From the NCBI GenBank assembly GCA_021810245.1, contig JAJZJF010000001.1:5582-69581 (forward strand): a DNA stretch of 64,000 nt, given 5' to 3'. Position numbers and translations under genes: made by a program. The notes under the pieces were generated by a model that made no database searches, was not told the DNA's origin, and saw only the letters and a list, made by a program, of their open reading frames with translations. Within the stretch, counting starts at the first letter, position 1. Each line of letters opens with the position of its first letter. The stretch is from a bacterium. GTDB lineage: Bacteria; Elusimicrobiota; Elusimicrobia; UBA1565; UBA9628. Positions 59,374 to 64,000 of the stretch are shown here, in pieces.

Positions 59374-60250
59374 TTCCAAGGAGCGGCCACTTGGAACTTT
59401 CGTATCTGGAAAAATATTCCAAGGCTGGAACGTCTTTAACGACGCTATCAAAAGCCGCGTGGCGAATATAAGTCTCTCCCCCCTTCTGGATGATAAACAC
59501 TTGATGGGAAATCAAAACCGGCTTATCTAAGCGATCGGCGCGAACGAGATTGGCGATAGTCCCTGAGGGAATTTGCGCCAAGCGCTCCTCGAAATCACGG
59601 ATTGGCAGATAGGGAATTTGAGCTTCTTCATCCGGCATTGATTCTCCGAGTCCGCGCAAAGCTTGAAGCAAATTCTCTTTTTCCTCAGGCGACATCTTTG
59701 GAAAGCCTGTAATGTCTGATATTTTTTTCTCCCGATACCATTTTTCTTTTGATATCCACTTTGAGGCCACCTCGACATCCGGTCCGGCGATGCGGGCGGT
59801 AATATCTTTGATAAACCCAGCGGCAATATTATTGGGAATCCAATCGACCGAAGGAAAATGATTTCTTGTCTGATAAGAGACGACCCCGCCTTTATAACGA
59901 ATGCGCTTTAAAATTTCCTTGGCTTCATTGAGGTCGCGCGCTAAAGATAAAGCCATCGTTTCCTCGACAAAGGTCGTGCAGTCAACCGCGGAAAACGAAA
60001 TAAGAGGTTTGCGGTCAAATTCCCCGCGGGAGCCTTCGCCCAAAGGCCCCAAGCGATAAGGGATCCCCAGAAAATGCGCGCTAATCTCAACTATTCGTTG
60101 GGAAACCCGCGGATAATTTTTATGAATTTCTGAAATCGTCTGGTTAATTTCGCGATTATTCATCCGGTCAAAAGACTTGTTCAAAGCGCTCTGGGCCGTA
60201 CAGTCCCAACAGAGAAAAATTAACGGAATAAACAAGGCCTTAAATCTCAT
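59327..60250 (-). CDS. DUF1460-like (amidase-like) secreted protein
   Basis: Signal peptide MRFKALFIPLIFLCWDCTAQS. FLGIPYRLGPLGEG...FSAVDCTTFVEETMAL resembles the DUF1460 pattern. Confidence 0.5.
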   Translation of the reverse strand: MRFKALFIPLIFLCWDCTAQSALNKSFDRMNNREINQTISEIHKNYPRVSQRIVEISAHFLGIPYRLGPLGEGSRGEFDRKPLISFSAVDCTTFVEETMALSLARDLNEAKEILKRIRYKGGVVSYQTRNHFPSVDWIPNNIAAGFIKDITARIAGPDVEVASKWISKEKWYREKKISDITGFPKMSPEEKENLLQALRGLGESMPDEEAQIPYLPIRDFEERLAQIPSGTIANLVRADRLDKPVLISHQVFIIQKGGETYIRHAAFDSVVKDVPALEYFSRYESSKWPLLGINLDEVVDPNKSQNK

Positions 60251-60279
60251 GTTCCCAACCTCCTTGACGCGTTCGCGGC

Positions 60280-61239
60280 TTAAAACGGAGTCGAATGATA
60301 TCCCATTTTTTTGAGAATCCACCCGTAGAAAAACGTCATGTAAAGCATTCCGCGTTTCCCGATAAAAGAAGAATCAACCCCATATGGAGCTTGATAGGCC
60401 AAGCCGATTTGATACCAGTCCGTCTGATAATTAATCTCGTAGCTGGTATATCCGGCAGTGGCGCCTTGATGGCCATTAGAACTTTCATTAACCAAGGTCC
60501 GGGCCTCGACCGCGGGAACTATTTGATCTAAAAACTTGGGAACGTTCCAGCCCACCACGTCGTGAAGATAAAGGAAGCTGTATTCAAGAGCCCCGTCAAA
60601 GCGGAATGAATCCTGAAAATCATAGAGCCCGACATATGGAGACAAGGGCTCGGGACCATTTCCAAAAGGAGTGATTCCGGCAATGTCACTCTGAATGGCA
60701 AAAGGGCGGATCCAGGAAACCGGAATATCTCCCATCCCCTTGTTAAAAAGCAGGTATCCGTAAAGCGTCAGCGGATTTCCCTGCCCGGCTTGGGAGGCTC
60801 CCATCGGGGTGGTCGCCCGCACAATGGCCGTCGCCATGATCTCATGCGGGGCATTTTCATAAAACATATATTTGCCCTGAACTCCAAAATACTGAAAGCC
60901 CGAATGCGCGCCGCCGGGGGTTTCGACATCCTCATAATGAGATTCAAAGCGGATGCTCATTGAGTGCGTCAAACGCTTTTCAAGGGTGATCGGAGTTTGA
61001 AAAATATTGGCTCCGCCATAGGCCGGGCTCAAAGAGGGAGATAAGGTCAGTTGATTGTCCACATCCGCGTCTTTAACCACCAAGGGTTCGATAAAAATTC
61101 GGTTTCCCGCGCGCGCTAAATCGCTGTTGTAAACTCCTGTCGCTGTGTGGGAACTAGGGTGAACCGCCAAAAAAGCAGCGGCCCTTGCCGTTTGAACAAC
61201 CCACAAACCCAAGATAAGGGCCAAAAAAATCTTCCTCAT
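60280..61239 (-). CDS. Putative outer-membrane beta-barrel protein
   Basis: Signal peptide MRKIFLALILGLWVVQTARA and a C-terminal ...YHSTPF ending in Phe. Confidence 0.5.
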   Translation of the reverse strand: MRKIFLALILGLWVVQTARAAAFLAVHPSSHTATGVYNSDLARAGNRIFIEPLVVKDADVDNQLTLSPSLSPAYGGANIFQTPITLEKRLTHSMSIRFESHYEDVETPGGAHSGFQYFGVQGKYMFYENAPHEIMATAIVRATTPMGASQAGQGNPLTLYGYLLFNKGMGDIPVSWIRPFAIQSDIAGITPFGNGPEPLSPYVGLYDFQDSFRFDGALEYSFLYLHDVVGWNVPKFLDQIVPAVEARTLVNESSNGHQGATAGYTSYEINYQTDWYQIGLAYQAPYGVDSSFIGKRGMLYMTFFYGWILKKMGYHSTPF

Positions 61240-62240
61240 AAAAACCTCGCGATTTCATCGCGAGAAAAACGCGGAAACTCTTTTTGTCTTTTCCCATTTT
61301 TTAATAGAACTCCTTTTCCGCGGAAAGCCCTTCCGATAACAACCGCCGGAATTTTAAGACGCGAAAGCTTGGCCACAATTTTACCGGATGATTGCGAAGG
61401 TAAAGCGATCAAAAGAGCGCCTGAAGACAAAGCCCCCAAGACATTGAGTCCATAGAAATCCAATAAGCGCCGGACGCATTCTAAAACAGGAATTTTTTCC
61501 TCTTCAATTTCAATGCGCACTTGAGAGGCCTCGGCCATTTCATAAAGCCCGGAAGATAAGCCGCCTTCGGTGGGGTCATGCATGGCATGCACATTTCCGA
61601 CCTGATAAGCGGCCAAGGCCTCTTTGACTACTCCTATATTTTCGATTAGTTTCTCGCACTGGCGGGTAAAAGCCGCCCCAAATTTGGCCCGAACCCGCAA
61701 TTTTTTTTCTCGGGCGATGACGGAAGCCGCCTCTAACGCCGCGCTCTTCGTTAAAATAATGTCGTCTCCCGGGCAAACTCCCGAAGTCGACAGAGCTTTT
61801 TTCCCAAAAACCTCTCCCAACATGATTCCGGTCAAAACTGGACGCGTGACAGAGGAGGTAATTTCGGTATGGCCGCCGATAGAAGAAACCCCAAAGAGGC
61901 GGCAAGAGCGCTCAACCTCGGAAAAGATTTTTTCAATCATTGATGGAGAAGATTGCTTTTCAGGAAAAAGAGCTGAGCAGAGAAACCAGCGCGGCCTGGC
62001 CCCGCGAGTCGCGATATCATTGGCATTGACGGCCACCGCATAAAAGCCGGCTTCTTTGGACAAGAAAGTGACCGGGTCAACGGCTACCGCTATCATCTTC
62101 CTCCCAATTTTCAAAACAGCCGCGTCTTCGCCCAGCGCTGGCCCAATCAAAACTTGGGGATCGGAAACGCGGAATTTTTTAAGCATCCGTGATAAAAACA
62201 CAGGCGGAAGTTTTCCAGCGGGGAAATTAATTTGGCCCAT
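61236..62240 (-). CDS. AIR synthase-related (PurM-like) family protein
   Basis: The PurM-like N-terminal fold is GEDAAVLKIGRKMIAVAVD...NANDIATRGARP. It is related to the HypE/ThiL superfamily. Confidence 0.65.
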   Translation of the reverse strand: MGQINFPAGKLPPVFLSRMLKKFRVSDPQVLIGPALGEDAAVLKIGRKMIAVAVDPVTFLSKEAGFYAVAVNANDIATRGARPRWFLCSALFPEKQSSPSMIEKIFSEVERSCRLFGVSSIGGHTEITSSVTRPVLTGIMLGEVFGKKALSTSGVCPGDDIILTKSAALEAASVIAREKKLRVRAKFGAAFTRQCEKLIENIGVVKEALAAYQVGNVHAMHDPTEGGLSSGLYEMAEASQVRIEIEEEKIPVLECVRRLLDFYGLNVLGALSSGALLIALPSQSSGKIVAKLSRLKIPAVVIGRAFRGKGVLLKNGKRQKEFPRFSRDEIARFL

Positions 62241-63615
62241 ATGACATCCGTTTTTTAAAAATTGAATAAAGGTAAAACGAGCAGGCCACCATGAGCCCTG
62301 GATAAATAGGCGCCCAGCCTAGAGGCTGTTTAAGCAAGGTCCAAATAGCGGAAACCCCGCTTCCGCCAATCATAATCTTGCTTACGTCTTCCGAAAGGGG
62401 TTTTAAAGAGGGGAAATATCCCAAACAGAGCGGAAATAAAAGCCCGGCGACCGCAATGGAGCTAAGCGTATACCAGATATCGACAACCGAAGGCAAAACA
62501 ACGGCAACCGCCGTCCCTAAAATTAAGCCCAAAATTAGTCCTAATTGAACGTGGCGGGTCTCAGACAAGCCGGGGAGCTTAAAAAATTTCCAGACAATAT
62601 CTTTCCCGAGAGTCGAGGCGAACAAAAAGGCCAGAGAACTAAAAGCCGCGAAAATCGCGCCCAACATCCCCACATAGAAAAACCCTTTCCATAGCGGCGG
62701 AAGAATTCTGTCGGCTAAAGCCGGATAGGATAAAACCGGGTCCTTTAAGTTCGGCAAAATGGCGCGGGCATAGAGTCCGGCGACCGTAGTAATAAAATCA
62801 AATAGGATCCAGAATAAAACGCTGACGACAATTCCGCGACGCGCCACTTCCGGGCTTTTGGCCGCCAGGCATTTTTGATAAAACGTCGGCTCAACCAATG
62901 TCCACAAACCCAAAAACCACCAAGAGCCGATATAACCCAGGCTTTTGCCTCCGCTCCACTCTAAATGCGTTTTGGGGAGATGCGCGCGAAGAAAGGAAAG
63001 CCCGCCCCAAGCGTGATAGGCGGCTAAGGGCAAAACAATCAAGCCGCTGTACATTAAAATAAAATGCAAGACATCCGCCCGAACATCCGAGCGAAATCCA
63101 CCGACGAAAAGAAAGGCGGTCGCCGAAATCATCGCGATCGAAAAAGAAGCCCACAGAGAAATTCCGGCCAGCGATTTAACGAGGACCCATATCATGAGAA
63201 TATAGGGAGCCGGGGAAACAAGCAAAAGTAAAAGGGCCGCCCCAATGCCGGAGGCCCCAGGGCCGTAAAATTTTTCTAAAAGATCCGGCAAGGTCAAGGC
63301 GCCGGAACTGGCAATTTTGGGAGCCAGAAAATAAGCGTAGATAAGGGCGAAAATGTAATAGGGAAAACCCAAGACCACCCAGTTGAGAAGGCCATACCGG
63401 TAAGAAAACTCTCCCACTCCCAAAACTCCGCCATACCAACTGGAAACCAAGGCCGCGACAAAAACGGGAAGGCTAAGGCCGCGGCCCGCCAACAGGTAAT
63501 CCGCCATCTCCGAGGTATTTTGATTTTTCCTATAAAACCAGAAGCCGACCGCCAAATTAGCCGCGAAATAAAGAAGAATGACCGCGTAATCAACAACGCT
63601 AAGAGAAAATCTCAT
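62227..63615 (-). CDS. Sodium:solute symporter (SSS) family transporter
   Basis: The N-terminus DYAVILLYFAANLAVGFWFYRKN...YLLAGRGLSLPVFVAALVSSWYGG is typical of the SSS family. There are about 12-13 TM helices. Confidence 0.8.
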   Translation of the reverse strand: MRFSLSVVDYAVILLYFAANLAVGFWFYRKNQNTSEMADYLLAGRGLSLPVFVAALVSSWYGGVLGVGEFSYRYGLLNWVVLGFPYYIFALIYAYFLAPKIASSGALTLPDLLEKFYGPGASGIGAALLLLLVSPAPYILMIWVLVKSLAGISLWASFSIAMISATAFLFVGGFRSDVRADVLHFILMYSGLIVLPLAAYHAWGGLSFLRAHLPKTHLEWSGGKSLGYIGSWWFLGLWTLVEPTFYQKCLAAKSPEVARRGIVVSVLFWILFDFITTVAGLYARAILPNLKDPVLSYPALADRILPPLWKGFFYVGMLGAIFAAFSSLAFLFASTLGKDIVWKFFKLPGLSETRHVQLGLILGLILGTAVAVVLPSVVDIWYTLSSIAVAGLLFPLCLGYFPSLKPLSEDVSKIMIGGSGVSAIWTLLKQPLGWAPIYPGLMVACSFYLYSIFKKRMSYGPN

Positions 63616-63638
63616 ATTGATTTTCTTATAATACTATT

Positions 63639-64000
63639 ATGAAAGAAACATTCCTAACGCGAGCCGGCTATGAGAAACTCGTCACCGATCTTGAGCCGCT
63701 CAAAAAAATGAAGAATCAATTGTCTCAAGACATCGCCGAAGCTCGGGAAAAAGGCGATCTAAAAGAAAATGCGGAATATCACAGCGCCAAGGAAAAACTG
63801 GGCGAGGTGATGGGCCGAATCGCGAAAATACAAGATAAGCTCGAAAGCGCGAAAATCATCGATGATCTCGACGTTCCCAAGGGCGTCGTTTCCATCGGCA
63901 GCCGCGTCACGATACAAAACGAATCGGGAGATGAATCGGTCTATATGTTGGTCGGCGAAGACGAGTCCGATCCTACTGAAGGAAAGATTTCCGTCTACGC
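63639..64000 (+). CDS. greA: Transcription elongation factor GreA (3-prime partial at the window end)
   Basis: MKETFLTRAGYEKLVTDLEPLKK...GDLKENAEYHSAKE is the GreA N-terminal coiled-coil domain. Confidence 0.9.
   Translation, partial: MKETFLTRAGYEKLVTDLEPLKKMKNQLSQDIAEAREKGDLKENAEYHSAKEKLGEVMGRIAKIQDKLESAKIIDDLDVPKGVVSIGSRVTIQNESGDESVYMLVGEDESDPTEGKISVY

Overview
This 64-kb window comes from a bacterial chromosome with about 50% GC and no rRNA, tRNA or CRISPR array that I can recognise. Most genes are housekeeping: enolase, gatCAB, the glycine-cleavage genes gcvTHP, rplU-rpmA-obg, hpnCDE squalene synthesis, dcd, pcrA and greA. There are also envelope and efflux genes: an AaeXAB-like FUSC efflux system with TolC, a possible Tad/TadE-like pseudopilin locus, an FtsH-like protease, a lytic transglycosylase and an NlpC/P60 hydrolase. 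The main accessory feature is a roughly 10.6-kb segment at positions 393..11097, bounded by two perfect 82-bp direct repeats. It holds a single minus-strand operon: an uncharacterised membrane protein, hsdM, a KilA-N protein, hsdS, a 549-aa stand-alone reverse transcriptase, a duplicated pseudogene fragment, a DinD/Bro-N-like protein and hsdR. A frameshifted zinc-ribbon gene sits just inside the right repeat. The reverse transcriptase starts inside the hsdS stop codon region (14-nt overlap) and has RT motifs 1/2 and a YIDD catalytic motif. It has no group II intron, retron or DGR hallmarks, so I read it as an Abi/DRT-type defence RT built into a Type I R-M operon. A second acquisition is an AT-rich Dam-like methyltransferase plus a candidate restriction endonuclease, inserted with a Nudix gene between gatA and gatB. 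All calls rest on protein motifs and gene context read directly from the sequence; no database searches were possible.
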